Shown here piece after piece: positions 37,645-50,863 of a DNA stretch of 64,000 nt. The notes beneath the pieces are model-generated. The model was not told where the DNA came from. It searched no databases and worked only from the letters and a program-made list of their open reading frames with translations. How positions within the stretch are numbered: the first letter of the stretch is position 1; each line of letters begins with the position of its first letter. The stretch is from positions 22,010,001 to 22,074,000 of the forward strand of contig OZ281500.1 in the NCBI GenBank assembly GCA_965637545.1. Reading direction: 5' to 3'. The stretch is from Phallusia mammillata (lineage: Eukaryota). Both the position numbers and the translations under genes were made by a program.

Positions 37645-39857
37645 TTAAACGTTCAAATTACAACTTAAAAGGGGTTTACAAATTATGCAACTGCACCAGT
37701 CATCTAAATCGTACTCTGTGTTAACACTTTTAACATTTGGTCTTATTTTGGTTGGAGTGAAGAAAATGTTCGTTGTATTGTTTTTCGTGTCATCCAAAGC
37801 CGAATCCAACATCGTAATGTTATAAGTAAGGCGATTATTTTTTGACCTAAACAACGAAAAAAATTTGACCTACAAATTGATAATTTTGACATATTTTGAC
37901 TTTAAAAAACAATTCAAGTAGTTAAATTACGCATTATTGTTCAAAAAGTTAAAATATGGCTTGGCTAATCTAACTAGAGCGAAAGAATGTGCAAAAGTCT
38001 AACAGAAGGGCAAAAATCTGAACACAGACCTAACTTATTCTGAAAAGGGAATGAGCTAATTAAAAATCATTGCCAAAAAACTGCAGCTAAGACACAACGA
38101 AAATTATTCAATACATTTGTCTAAACGAAAGATACATGAAGTATCTAAAACAAAACCGAAGCTAGAGCTGCACCTAATCTCCAGCTGCCGTAAAATGACT
38201 TGGGACCTACCAAAACTTTGCACGTTTTGAGGTGTGTTGAGCATCACGCCATATCAACCTAATTATTTCACTCACTTGATGATTTATGATTCGCAATAAT
38301 TAGGCAATGGGCCAATTATAACAGTATAAAGTAGGCTACAAGATGTAAAACGAATAGTTTGCTGGCAGTGCAACCTCTACAAAACCACGACAATGCAGTT
38401 TGTAAACGATTTTACCTTTGTAAAAAATTTTGACTTTGTAAAAAATTTTGACAAAATTTTGACTTTTTTTGACAAGTCAAAAAATAATCGCCCTAGTTAT
38501 AAGTAACGTAAATAATGTTTCATTGAATTCTAAGTTTAAAGGCATCACTATCAATCGGAGCTGTTGTCCAAGTGTCAACAAGAAAATGAGTTTTGTAAAG
38601 CCACCTTCGGCTGATTCAAGGCGTTTACTATCTTCTAATTTAGATGAAAAACGTTTATGTAATTATTAGAAATGTATGACTAAAAATGTATTAGGTTGCA
38701 GTTTACATTGATATTTTTTACATTTAATGTATTTAGTACAAATGGTTACGTACGTATTTTCAAACAAAAATTCAGTTTGATTATAGTAGGTTTATAAATA
38801 CCACACTTTCCTCTGTCGTCGCTTTTATTTAATTGGTTTGCTTTACTCTGTAAATCGGAAATTATACGTGTCTTTTGTGATTTAATAGGGTAAATTACTG
38901 ATAAGTAACTGACTTTAAAGCAGGTTACACCTGCGCGCAACTGATCTTAGTACCCAGAATAAGTTTCCACGCTTATTTAAATATCTGGCATGACAATACG
39001 CACAGTTTGACATTGGATGAGCTACACCAGTGGTTCCCAACCTTTATTGACGAATTTCTCACTTAACAAAGAAAAACGTTCTCATACCTCCCCAATAGAC
39101 AACATAGTTGATGCTAAACCATACAAAGAAATTAAAAAATGGGTCCTTGATTAACTTCACAGGTTACATGTCCAGAACTAAAGTGTCTATTTACAAACCA
39201 CATGTATTAGTAAATTCCTCCCCTCAACTTTCAAAATTATCCAAGGGTGGAATTCTACCCCGGTTGGGAACCATTAAGTTACACTATCCTTTTGAAGATA
39301 AGCCACACAATCAAACAAATTAGCTCATATTGTGTGCCTTTTATGGTACTTCAACGTCTAACATTGTCTTTTGTTTCATTTTTACTGCAAGTTTACTGGC
39401 TTTTTTCTATTACTTTTGCTGTGAAAACGTACCTGCTGCGTTGCGAAGAACTTACAGCCTTTTCAGAAGATGGCCTTGAAGGCGTAGAGTAACTTCGCAA
39501 TCTTTCAAACGTATGCTCATATGTCCTTTGCTTGTAACCTCTCATATAGATGCTGTAACCGTCGTTGTTTGTTGTGAACTTGTCAGACACGAAAATTACA
39601 TCAATTTGTCTTAGCTTTCCTCTCTTTTCCAGCACACGAAACACGTAAAGACGCCGGTTGTCCAAGCTGTAATACTTGTTATCTCGAATGCAGACACGAA
39701 TTTTTGGAAAATCTGATGCTTTCATTAAACCTCTTTCGATTTTCTTTATAGCCTCATTGACACTTCCACCATGCGTGAATGTATGTCCAATGGTGTCTTG
39801 AGTGAATCTAATTTCGCTTGGAGCTAACCGTATTTCATTATTACCGATATACGCCAT
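37645..39857 (-). CDS. PB13: ParB/Srx-fold domain + CaaX-class tail with frameshifted CaaX
   Basis: Exon 1 39857-39433 (phase-2 donor AG|GTACGT); exon 2 37846-37645 (phase-2 acceptor) ends WCSCIICKPLLSCNLNV* instead of WCSCIIL*. Confidence 0.65.
39028..39276. mobile_element. hAT-type MITE in PB13 intron
   Basis: CAGTGGTTCCCAACC ... GGTTGGGAACCATTA; near-TSD AGCTACAC / AGTTACAC. Confidence 0.75.
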
Positions 39858-40761
39858 TTCCAAAACATAAAATCATCTGCAATCTTTTCTGACTAGATGT
39901 GATCCAACTTTGAACAGTCGTAGGTAAATGAATCCTCAGCTAAAAACCGCCCACCATCAGATACAAAGTTTTCTTATTAAATCGTCATAGACCACTTATG
40001 TGTAAAGAGGGGGTATGACGTTTTTCCTGTTGTCAGTGTGAAGATCGCTTCAGTCCAGAACAAGCTTTTGCATATGGTGGGCCAAGACAAAAAACATAAC
40101 GAATAATCTGTCAGTTTAATGTTAAAACCGGTAGTACCGGTTTCGTTTTAGGAAATATCCATGTCACTATTTGGTGGTGAAACTGGCGTTTAAAACATTT
40201 TATATTGTGTTATGACGTTATAGGTTATGATAAACGCCAGTTATGAAAGTTAAGTACTTTCGTAAAAGATAAACTTACCAATACTACGTGTAGTGCATTG
40301 TAGAAGTCACATTTAAAACTGACGTTACACTTTATAACGTTTAGCCACTGATTATTGTGCGATGTTTACAGCACCCTGCGCCAACGAACAGTCGGTGATA
40401 CTTTGGTTTCGCGTTTGGGACTTCCTCAATTTTTCACGTGATTTTTCGTGACGCGACAACCATTCAGGTTCACCGGAGGTTGGACACTTAACTGTGACGT
40501 TTGCAACCTTTGACAAAGCAACTCCATTACGTTAATAGCATATTTTTTACTGCGTCATGACAATAGTTGCGACACCACTTCGAAGAAATAATATTTCTCT
40601 AGTAATTGTTAAGCAAGCAACTGGAATTTCTACACAATGGAAATAAGACCACTACGAAAATAGTAAAATGGCAAAAGCTGTGTCAAACAGCTCTTAGTAG
40701 TAAAAAAATATGCAACTTTATAAAGCTTGAATGTGCAATGCGCAACATGGAAAAACAAAGC

Positions 40762-41505
40762 CTACAAAATAATGCAACTACAGCACTTTTTTGGTTTGTT
40801 GTCAATCAACTTGTCAAAATGAGTCACATGTGTTCTTGGCTCTGAAGCCGTTGGGTCGATGTCAACTATATATGAATTCTTCAAATTCCTGCTAAAAACA
40901 GGAAAAATGTGTTTTATTCATTTGCCAAACTTGTTGCATTTGTCGAACAGTTTAGATCAGAGTAACCTTGATTGTTTGAAATTCTTTTTTGTTAAGTTTA
41001 CATAGACTTAACGCGGCTATTATATACTGCGTCTTTAATACTTTTGTTGAATTTATAATATGAAATACCTTGAACGTGAAGAACTCACAGGCGTTCTTAT
41101 AGCTTTTTCACTTAAAGGTACTGAAATGCTTCGCAATCTTTCAAACGTGTGCTTGTAGGTTCTTTGCTTGCGACCTCTCACATTGATGCTGTAACCGTCA
41201 TTTTTCGTCGTAAACTTATCAGAGTGTGGAACTCGAACTACATCAATTTGTCTCAGTTTTCCTCTCTTTTCCAGCACACGAAACACGTAAAGACGCCGGT
41301 TGTCCAAGCTGTAATACTTGTTATCCCGAATACAGACACGAATTTTCGGAAAATCTGATGCTTTCATGAAACCACTTTCGATTTTCTTTATAGCCTCATT
41401 GACACTTCCGCCTTTTGTGAATGTCTGTCCAATGGTGTCTTGAGTGAATCTGATTTCACTTGGAGCTAACCGCATTTCATTATTACTTATAGACGCCATT
41501 TCCAT
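40762..41505 (-). CDS. PB14: ParB/Srx-fold domain + polybasic-Cys CaaX tail (KPKKCCSCIIL*)
   Basis: Exons 41505-41069 and 40888-40762; phase 2; in frame to TAG. Confidence 0.8.
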
Positions 41506-42109
41506 GCAATCAGCTGCAATCTGGCTTTTTTGACTGGCTGACACCCAACTTTGAACAGTCGTAGTTAATTTCAGTGCTATCAAAATAGAACTACTAATGA
41601 GGCATATTGTGACGTTCTTCCTATCGTAATGTTGTGTGATTTACCCAATCCAAAGTACATAGTTTTGTCATAGACAACTTATGTGCAATGAGTTATTGCG
41701 TGACGTTTTTCCAATACGGTTTCGACTTTCCAAGTCGATATTGTCCCGTTTATGATTTTGGGTAGTAATAAGAATGATATTTGAAGCAGTAGCCCTCACG
41801 CAGAGAAGATGCCATTGAATTGTAAAGTCAAACTACTTTCGACATCACAAAAGAAAATATGAATTATATAGAGACCTTGATTCACACCGAGTATTATTCA
41901 AGAAATAGACATTGACAACCAAATAAATATTTACTTGAATAATTTAACAAAAAGCAAATCATGGTGTGTTTAAAAATCGTGTTTATCTTTCTACTGGCAC
42001 TGCATAATTATCTCAATAGGACATCATAGCAATTATACTTTAGAACGTCCTACCACATACTAAACAACGGTGTAATATCCTCGACGAATGGCATTGTACA
42101 TTTTATAAC

Positions 42110-43410
42110 TTATTTTGCAATTTTGGGTGCACTTGGAGCATCGGTGATTTGTTTGTTGCTTTTAGATAGAAGATACCAGGCTAATGCAAGAACTCCAAGC
42201 CCGGCCATTAGCTTGACTTTGAATGACCAACCGCCAGAGTCACTGCTGTCTTTGCGAGAGGAGCCGTCATCTTGATTAACATAATACTCATCATGATGGA
42301 CTTTGTAATCAAAGTGACACGTTTGGTAACTTTGGTAAAGTTCTGAGTCATTGTAGTAATAGTTTACGTCATAGTGGCAAAGTGTTTCGTCACAAGCCCT
42401 TGCTGACGAAACATTCCCCGTTTGTACTGGTATCTCAGGCTGTGATGATGTTTTCGGTTTCGTTGACGTGTTGCCTTGGTTACTCCTGAAGGACGAGTTT
42501 CCATAGTTACGGTCGTTGGCGGAAGATTTTTCAGATCGGTTTTGAGATCTAAAATGTATAAAAAAAATTCGGTAATCATTATAGGGAGCAAAACTTGGGT
42601 ATTGCATGATAAAGATACAGTTATTCGTTTGTAAAATTGAATTTTGTCTTTTCATTCGGTCAATTTGACAATAAATGGACAGAGCTGTCGCATTTTACGT
42701 TGCAGTTAGTTGCGTACTTTTAATAAACGTTGAAAATAAAATAACAAGTGGAAATGAAAGCAAGACAGGCTACAAAAACAAATATCTTCACAACAGTATA
42801 TTGCAGTTATAGCCTTATTGTTTACTTCATTGCACATTCAAACACTTGGCGGTAGAAAAATGCATTCGGAATAAAACTTAGGAAATATTTAGCTTTGTGG
42901 GCAGGAACTTGACCGAATGGTCTGGCGCGCCTGACCTACATACAGACATAAAAAAACTGATCGTGATTCGTCCCCGGGAGTGTCCTGGGTTCGAACCCCG
43001 TGATAAAAAGCAATATTTAGCTTAGTGTTAAATTGAACTAACCTGGTACGGGTTTTGAATGTGTGAAGTTTTGTATGCTCTCCTCGAACTTGAACAGACT
43101 GTCCGTCGTTTTTTGTTGACCATTTAAACTCGGGTAAGTGATTTACGAAACGAACAGGGATGCTGTTTATTTTGCCTTGCTTTTGTAAAACACGAAACAC
43201 GTAAAGTCGTCTGTTGTCCGCGCTGTAATACTTTTCGTCGATTCTTGCGACTTTAATAGGTTTTATATCTTCAACCTTTAAGTCGCCGCAGCCAATTTTA
43301 TTGATCAGATCATTTATAGGTTCTCCATTTTGGAAGTTTGCAGCTATGGTGTCCTGGCTAAACCGTATTTCGGACGGCGCTAGGCAGCACACATTGTCAC
43401 CGGCTACCAT
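42110..43410 (-). CDS. PB15: ParB/Srx-fold domain (YSADNRRL) + S/Y/H-rich linker + C-terminal transmembrane helix
   Basis: Exons 43410-43043 and 42548-42110; phase 2; ends VKLMAGLGVLALAWYLLSKSNKQITDAPSAPKIAK*. Confidence 0.75.
42905..43000 (+). pseudogene. tRNA-Leu-like remnant / SINE head in PB15 intron
   Basis: GACCGAATGGTCTGGCGCGCC (A-box-like) and CCTGGGTTCGAACCCC (T-arm/B-box); not a complete cloverleaf. Confidence 0.3.
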
Positions 43411-43931
43411 TATTTCTTCTTTGCAATCGATCTATTTTTGCTACACCCGCTTTTGGATTTAAAATTGACAAAACGTTTTAACATGTTAAATAAGTCACAA
43501 GTTTATATTGTGTGCATTGCAAGTAAACAGGACAAAAACACAAACGATCAAAGAATGCCAGGCACTTTCCTTTTCGACACAATTGTTTTGCTAAAAACTC
43601 AATTGCCAGTGCTATCTGCTTCCTAAACGTCAAACCACATACAGCATGTATTCTTTTGCTGCTTTAATTGAATGAGACATAAGGCAATGCAGATTGCGCG
43701 ATACATGCGGAACAAATGTAGCTGTAAGTCTGTAAGGGAACAAGACCAACAACAACTAAATGCCATGCGATACTAATGTTTTGCAGTGGTATTAAATTAA
43801 GAAGCTACTGCTTAATAATTAATAAATGGTGTTTGTTTTGTTGACACAGACACCACGAGTCGATAAAAGTTCTTCAAACAAAACAACATTTTCTATTTGC
43901 TTGTCAGTCAAATGTACACATATGCTTAGGG

Positions 43932-44147
43932 CAGTGGTTCCCAACCTATTTCGACAACTTCCTTCCCTAACAATTTAAAACATTTTCATTTCTCCCAAAT
44001 ATACTACATAGTAGATGCTAAATCATTAGAAGATTTTTTATCAATTTCGCGGGTCATATTCCCAGAGCTTAAGTGTCTGTTTACAAACCACATGTAAAAA
44101 AATCCTCCCCTCAAGTTTTAAAATTCCTCCCCGGTTGGAAACCATTG
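43932..44147. mobile_element. hAT-type MITE (same family as 39028-39276; truncated copy at ~58090)
   Basis: CAGTGGTTCCCAACC ... GGTTGGAAACCATTG; degenerate TSD GCTTAGGG / CTTTAGGG. Confidence 0.7.
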
Positions 44148-44983
44148 CTTTAGGGGAACTCTCTTCGTAAGATACGGTGGGTGAATTTACAAATTTACTT
44201 CGAATAGTTGAGGTTAGATAACACACTTTAGTGTTCTAAACGCCATTCAAATAACAAGCAGCAACAAACAAGTGCATTAAAATCACCAAACATGCCAAAG
44301 TAATCTGATGGCGAAATTTCTGTAATTTATCTCCCAATTGAAAAAACGACTTTCTGGCAATAACATAACGGTTTTTATTTTTATTTTGATCACTACATTA
44401 CATTTCTGCATCGGTCCAGCTTAAAACCGGCAGCAATAAAGTAAGCTATCATACATGGTCCTTTACTGCCACCTAGGCCCAGACTCAAAATGACAAAGTT
44501 CTTCCAAAACACGTCAACCACTGAAAGACTTGAATTGTAGAAAGCGAAACCCTTCAAACCGTTTAGCCACTGATTATTGTGCGCTGGTTACAACACCCTG
44601 CGCCAGCAAACTCTCGGTGATACTTTGGTTTCGCGATTGGGACTTCCGCAAGTTGCTGCGTGATCTGTTATGACGCGACTGTCATTTAGGTTCACCGAAG
44701 GTTGGGCGTTTTAACTGTGACGTTTCTAGCCTTTAACAAAATACATCTATTCCATGGTTTGTGTATTTTGGGAATTTGCAGAAACAATATTTGTCATTCT
44801 TTGCTACTAGTATACTACAGAGCAGGTTTAAGCAACTTAGGTTTACACAATGGTGAATAACACTATTATGATAAATGTAACGAAATGGTGAAAAGTTGTG
44901 TCACAAACTTATGGTAGTAGAAAAAACATACAAAATTGTTCAATAAAGCTTGAATATACAATGAGCAACATAAAAAAACAAGC

Positions 44984-45986
44984 CTACAAAATAACGCAGC
45001 TACACCAGTTGTCTGGTTCTTTGTCCATTGTGTCATATTGAATCACGCTTGGCCTTGGTTTTGTGAGAGTGAAGTCAACATTTGACCTTGGCTCGGTAGG
45101 AGTGATGTCAACATTTGACCTTGACTCCGAAACAGGTGAATCGACGTCCGATTCCAAGCTTTCCATATCAACCACAATTGAATTTGCCGCATTCATGCTT
45201 GAAATTGAAGAAATATTATACTTTTATGTGATGCCAAAATCTTATACCTTTGTTAAAAGAATGTAGTTTACCTTTGTAAAGTTATATGATACAATAGTAT
45301 GGCTACAAGCGTAGGCTTTTTTTTAGAATTTGTCACATTTTGCGCGACTTAAAATCTACTTTTTTGTAGAGTATTTTTTGTAGAATATATGTTAATGTAG
45401 TTAAAAGACATTTTTTTCGCAAAAGTGACAAAAGTAACAAAACACAGACAAAACATTTTGACTTTTCAAAATAATCCATTATCCTGATGAAGGTGTATTG
45501 TACGGCACGTCAAAACGTCTAATATGTCTTGCAGCAACAGCTAAAATACAAAACATACCTTGGAAGTGAATAACTTGCAGGTCTTGTGGCCAGTTCACTG
45601 AAAGGTGCTGAAATACTTCGTAATGTGTCAAACGTATGATCGTAGGTCTCGTAGTGGCGTCCTCTCACATCGATACTGTATCCGTCGTTGTTTGTTGTAA
45701 ACTTGTCAATGTATGTGACCCTAACAACACCAATTTGTCTTAGCTTTCCTCTCTTTTCCAGCACACGAAACACGTAAAGACGCCGGTTGTCCAAGCTGTA
45801 ATACTTGTTATCCCGAATACAGACACGAATTTTCGGAAAATCTGATGCTTTCATTAAACCTCTTTCGATTTTCTTTATAGCCTCATTGACACTTCCGCCT
45901 TTTGTGAATGTCTGTCCAATGGTGTCTTGAGTGAATCTGATTTCACTTGGAGCTAACCGTATTTCTTTATTGCTGGTATACGCCAT
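44984..45986 (-). CDS. PB16: ParB/Srx-fold domain + CaaX tail (WCSCVIL*)
   Basis: Exons 45986-45559 and 45197-44984; phase 2; in frame with ORF 44984..45196. Confidence 0.8.
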
Positions 45987-46719
45987 TTCCGAGATGTGCA
46001 ACCAACTGCAATCTGATTTTTCTGACTGGCTGACACCCAACTTTGAACAGTCTTAGATAATTTCAGCGCTATCAAAATAGAACTACTAATAAGGCATATT
46101 GTGACGTTTTTTCTATGGTAATGTTGTGTGATTCACCTATCCATAGTACAGTTTTGTCATCGGCAACTTATGTGTAATGAGTTATTGCGTGACGTTTTCC
46201 CAATATGGTTTCGACTTTCCAAGTCAAGATTGTCCCGTTTATGATTTTGGGTAGTAATAAGAATGATATTTGAAGCAGTAGCCCTCATGCAGAGAAGATG
46301 CCATTGAATTGTAAAGTCAAACTACTTTCGACATCACAAAAAAAATATGAATTACATGGAGACTGATTCACACTAAGAACTATTCGAGAAAGAGACATTG
46401 ACAACCTAATAAATATTTGCTTGAATAATTTAACAAAAAGCAAATCATGGTATGATTAAAAATCGTCCACTCTGGGTCCGCAAGACACTTTGCCGGAATA
46501 TAAAACTCTGAAAGCACAACTTTCCAAATTAAAAAAAAAAACACTTGCCGGGAACAATTGCTTGCAGTTGAAAGCTACCACTATTTCTTTGCGTTATTCG
46601 AGGAAAACAATGGTTAAATGAAGTGAATGTGTTTTACTATTATCTATTATTTGTCACAAATTAAACAACGGTATAAAATTCTCGACGAATGACCTCCCAC
46701 ATTTTACAATCGCTTTCGC

Positions 46720-47127
46720 TGTTTTTGCTGCACTTGGAGCATAAGTGGTGATTTGTTTCTTTAGTTTATCATATAAGATACCAGGCTGAAGCGAGACCGC
46801 CAATCCCGAAAATTAGCTTGACCTTTAATGGCCAACCAGTCACTGTATTTACGCGAAGAGCCGTCATCTCGATTAACATAATAGTCATCATGATGGACTT
46901 AAGTAATCGCAATGATGGTAACTTTGGTAAAGTGCTGAGTCATTGTAGTAATAGTTAACGTCATAGTGGTAAAATGCATCGTCATATGACCTTGATGACG
47001 ACAGAATCGCGTTTACTGGTATTTCGGGCAGCGATGTTGTTTCCAGGTTCGTTGACGTGTTGTCTTGGTAACTCCCGAGGGACGCTACGGGTCTTTGGCG
47101 GGACTTTTTTCAGATCGTTTTTGACAT
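46720..47127 (-). pseudogene. Disrupted paralogue of the PB15 transmembrane-tail exon
   Basis: Phase-2 acceptor at 47127, homologous to 42548-42110, but TAG at 47087-47085 and later frameshifts. Confidence 0.7.
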
Positions 47128-48328
47128 CTGATATACAAAACATACAATTCTTGAGTTAAGCAAGGTGCTCTGATCAAACACTAGGGCGAAACTTTTGTAT
47201 TCCATGATAAAGATACAGATAAAAATTAGGTTTGGTCTCCATTATCGATCAATTTGACACTAGACGAATTCAGTCATTCTTTTTTAATAAATGTAAAAAT
47301 AAAAACATACGTCGAAATAAAAATAAGTTAGGCTTCAACGAGCAACAACAAAAGAACCAAATTAACCTGCTGCGCTTACATGTATATTTCCAATCCCTTT
47401 TTTGCATCACCTTCGTTAAGTCTCCCCGAAGAAAACAATTAGCAAATCGGCTGGTTCCGTCGAGCATCTTATTCCCTGCTTTATTACGATCGATTGCGAG
47501 ATCTCAGATGGTAGTTCGCTGTGGAAGGTGCTGCTTGTCTTCGACAGGGCGTCTGATCTAAAAAAAACCTACGGCAGTTTTTTGCTCTTTTGTATGTGAC
47601 CAAGTTATCTAGTTCGTTTGGTATGATACAAAGCGGTTAAAAGCAGGCCACTGAGGTAAAGCAAAAACAAAAACACACTGAGGTAAAGCAAGCAGCAAAA
47701 AATATAAATGACAAGTGTAATTTGTTTATAGGGGAACAGCTGAATTTCTGGTAAATGTGAGGTCGCGGGGGTGTTTTAGTTATTTAGGGATCGTATTGCC
47801 TAAAATAGGTGCAATATAACTTTTTTTGAAAAAGAACGAGCGTGACAAAGACTTGATGTCGTGTAATTATTCTTCCTGTGCTTTTGGACCTCGATGGCAA
47901 ATTGATCTCAAGGCGATTACGGTGCTTACCCGGGCATCAAAATAATTTAGTCTGTCAGCGCTTCTGGTGTTGTTAATGTTTACTGACGTAGTAGGAATGA
48001 ACAGGGAGTTGCATGTAGTAGGCATTAGAATGAAACAATTTGATCACCTCGAGTTTATAAGTGTCTTTACAATTTGAAAAAACGCAATTCATGATATAGT
48101 GTGGTAGCCCGACATCGGTACGTGCTGCGAGTGATAGCTTGCAGGATTGATTGTTACGAAGAAGGGGGCTTTAATTAATGCGAGGTAAAGGGAATGTTTT
48201 TCTTTATTATTTAAGTTTAAGACATCCCGTGTCTTATTATAGTACGCCAGGCTCATTAAAGGCGTTATACAGAACCAGGCCAGTCTTCCAAGCATTCCCA
48301 TATGGCAAGGCTCAGACTAAAAAAATCT

Positions 48329-48402
48329 AGCCAGTGGTGGGACTCGAACCCACGACAGGAGTCTTTCCGGGACTCGCGCTCTACCAACTGAGCTACACAG
48401 GC
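48329..48402 (-). ncRNA. tRNA-like element (loop CC-GGA-AA), probably a SINE head rather than a functional tRNA
   Basis: GCCTGTG-TA-GCTC AGTTGGTA GAGC-GC-GAGTC CCGGAAA GACTC-CTGTC-GTGGG TTCGAGT CCCAC-CACTGGC-T, followed by a T7 run; C33, extra base before the anticodon stem, U:U in acceptor stem, no long variable arm. Confidence 0.6.
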
Positions 48403-48469
48403 TGTGTTTTATATAAATATAATGTCGTCAGTTTTAAATCGAGCTAGAGAAAAAGGTAAAGGCAACGAT

Positions 48470-48693
48470 TCACATTATGGGAAATTTTGTTTTAGTTAAA
48501 GTAAGGAAAACACCACCACTACTACCATCCCCCGCAGGAGTTGTTAGTATTGGGAGAAACTGTTGTCCAAAGTAGTCACTGCAGGCTTGTGATAGTTTCG
48601 TTCCAAAACACCCAGTGTTGTTCGCAGTTTGACTGGTCGTTGATACAAACCCAAGGTATTTTGGATGCGTCGATCGCTGAATTTGCTGCAAAC
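48470..48693 (-). CDS. Tentative terminal exon of PB17 (reached via 17-nt micro-exon 49100-49084)
   Basis: Phase-1 acceptor CATAG|GT in frame with ORF 48470..48691; ORF preserved in all three copies. Confidence 0.35.
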
Positions 48694-49219
48694 CTATGAA
48701 AATCTAAAACCCTTGCTTGTTAAAACGCTTGAAAGTACAAAACAGTAGATAGTTTACCTTTTTCAGGCAATAAACTGTTGTGCCACATCCAGTAATGATA
48801 ATACATGTTAACAAGCATTGATGACGCCATGTTAGTCATGTAAAAATATATTCAGTGGTTGTCAAACGCACATCTACCAGTTTTTGTTGCCATGCGTTAT
48901 GTCGTTTTTTTATTAGTTTGGTCTTTTCATGTTGTTACTAAGTGTTGTCAAGGGAGTGTCAAAAAAAAAGAACCCACGCATCCGACAACAAACCACCGAA
49001 GGAGGTATTCGAACTCATGACCCCTTTTATAAAATAGCCTTAATAATTTTATTTTTTGTGTAGTGTTAAAAGTTTTTTTTTACCATTTGGTTGCATTGCC
49101 CTGTTTTTGTTAGACTAGAAGTATATTTTTGTCATTTGCTTGCATTATTCTGTTTTATTAGATTAGAAGTATATTTTTTTAACCTTGTTATTTGAAATCG
49201 TATTTTAGAAACAACATAC

Positions 49220-49623
49220 CTTTGTTGCAAAGCATATGAAGAGTTATCTTGCAATGTGTCAAACGTATGATCGTAGGTCTCGTAGTGGCGTCCTCTCACA
49301 TCGATACTGTATCCGTCGTTGTTTGTTGTAAACTTTTTAGACGAAATATGTGAGACACAAATTACATCAATTTTGCGTAGTTTTCCTCTCTTTTCCAGCA
49401 CACGAAACACGTAAAGACGCCGGTTGTCCAAACTGTAATACTTTTTATCCTTAACGCAGACACGAATTTTTGGAAAAACTGATGCTTTCATTGAACCCCT
49501 TTCTATTTTCCTAATAGCCTCATTGACACTTCCGCCTTTTTTGAATTCGCGTCTTATGCTGTCTTGAGTGAACCTGATTTCACTTGGAGCTAAGCGCATT
49601 GTATTGTTACCGGTATGCGACAT
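49220..49623 (-). CDS. PB17: ParB/Srx-fold exon 1
   Basis: MSHTGNNTMRLAPSEIRF..YSLDNRRL; phase-2 donor AG|GTATGT; alternative upstream ATG at 49671. Confidence 0.85.
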
Positions 49624-50119
49624 TTCTGAGATTAAAAACCCAGCTACAAACCTTTTCTGACCAGCTAGCATCCAACTTATAACACTTATAGGCAACCTAT
49701 GTGCAATAAGGCGTGGTGTGACGTATTTACTATTTTAATTTTGTGTGGTGCATTCATCGGTAAAAATGTTTAGTCATAGGCAACCTATGTGCAATAAGGC
49801 GTGGTGTGACGTATTTACTATTTCAATTTTGTGTGGTGCATTCATCGATGAAACGGTTTGGTCATAGACAACATACGTAATGAGGCATAATGTGAAGTTG
49901 CTTTTAATACAGTTTCGACTTTTGTAGTGACAAGCTCGGAAATTTTTTTCTTTATCTGGTATAGTTGAAAGTAATATGAATGACACTTAAGTCGTCGTTT
50001 GTACGCGGAGAAGATCGGAATTGTAAATGTAAATTGTAATTTGTAAAATTTTGTAATCTTTTTTTCGAATTGTAATTTTTTACTACACCATGACAAGAAA
50101 ATATGAGTTATAGCCTATG

Positions 50120-50305
50120 CAGTGGTGAGATTTAGCCGGTTCGCACCGGTTCTATAGATCCGTCACGCGTAATTTTATGAGATCAGCGAGCGGTTAGCAT
50201 TACTGGTTACTCTCAATGGAAATATAACTTTTTGTAACAGAACCGGTTGAAAAATTTGACTTTTGTGATATAACCGACTGACAAAAAATTTCAATCTCAC
50301 CACTG
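50120..50305. mobile_element. hAT-like MITE (partial copies ~55375-55532 and 63913-64000)
   Basis: TIRs CAGTGGTGAGATT / AATCTCACCACTG; TSD degenerate. Confidence 0.65.
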
Positions 50306-50767
50306 GCTATATGGAAACTTTACTTTGCATTAACACGTATTTAGTAAAGGGACATTGACAACCAAACCCATATTTATTTGAAAAAAATCAATTAAGAAGC
50401 AAATTGAGATGTGTTTGAAAGTCGTCCACTCTGGGTTCTATAAGCACAACGTTCCCAAAATTGCAAAAAAAAATTATATTAAGGGGGAACAATTGTTGGT
50501 CAAAAAACAACAGTGTTAGCAAGTAAATGAGTTTTACAAGAATTACTTTTTTCCCTATTTTTTTCATAGATTTCTAGTGCCAATGTACTAATCTCATCAG
50601 AGACATCGTAGAATTTAACATCGTATCACATACTTAACAGCGACGCAAAAACCTTGACGAATTGCCTCGCACATTTTACAATCTCTTGAGCAGTTTTTGC
50701 TGCAATCGGGACGTAAATGGTGATTTGTTCTTTCCTTTATCATAGAAGATACCAGGCCAAAGCAAGG

Positions 50768-50863
50768 CTACCAAACGCGACTATTAGCATGTCCAATGGT
50801 GTCTTGAGTGAATCTGATTTCGCTTGGTGCTAACCGTATTTCATTATTACCGATATACGCCAT
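50768..50863 (-). pseudogene. psi-C: 5' fragment of a PB13 copy fused out of frame to the end of a TM-tail exon
   Basis: MAYIGNNEIRLAPSEIRFTQDTIGH|ANSRVW*; junction at a shared CAT (50791-50789). Confidence 0.85.

Larger units (their letters stand above)
44400..50220. repeat. Segmental duplication, copy 1 (copy 2 at ~58190-64000, offset ~13794)
   Basis: PB16/PB19 and PB17/PB20 ORFs are offset by exactly 13794; intergenic sequence is colinear. Confidence 0.9.

Noticed and set aside
48329-48402. Functional tRNA-Ser(GGA)
   Set aside because: C33, extra base before the anticodon stem, U:U acceptor pair, no long variable arm, and decayed copies share a downstream body, which points to a SINE head.
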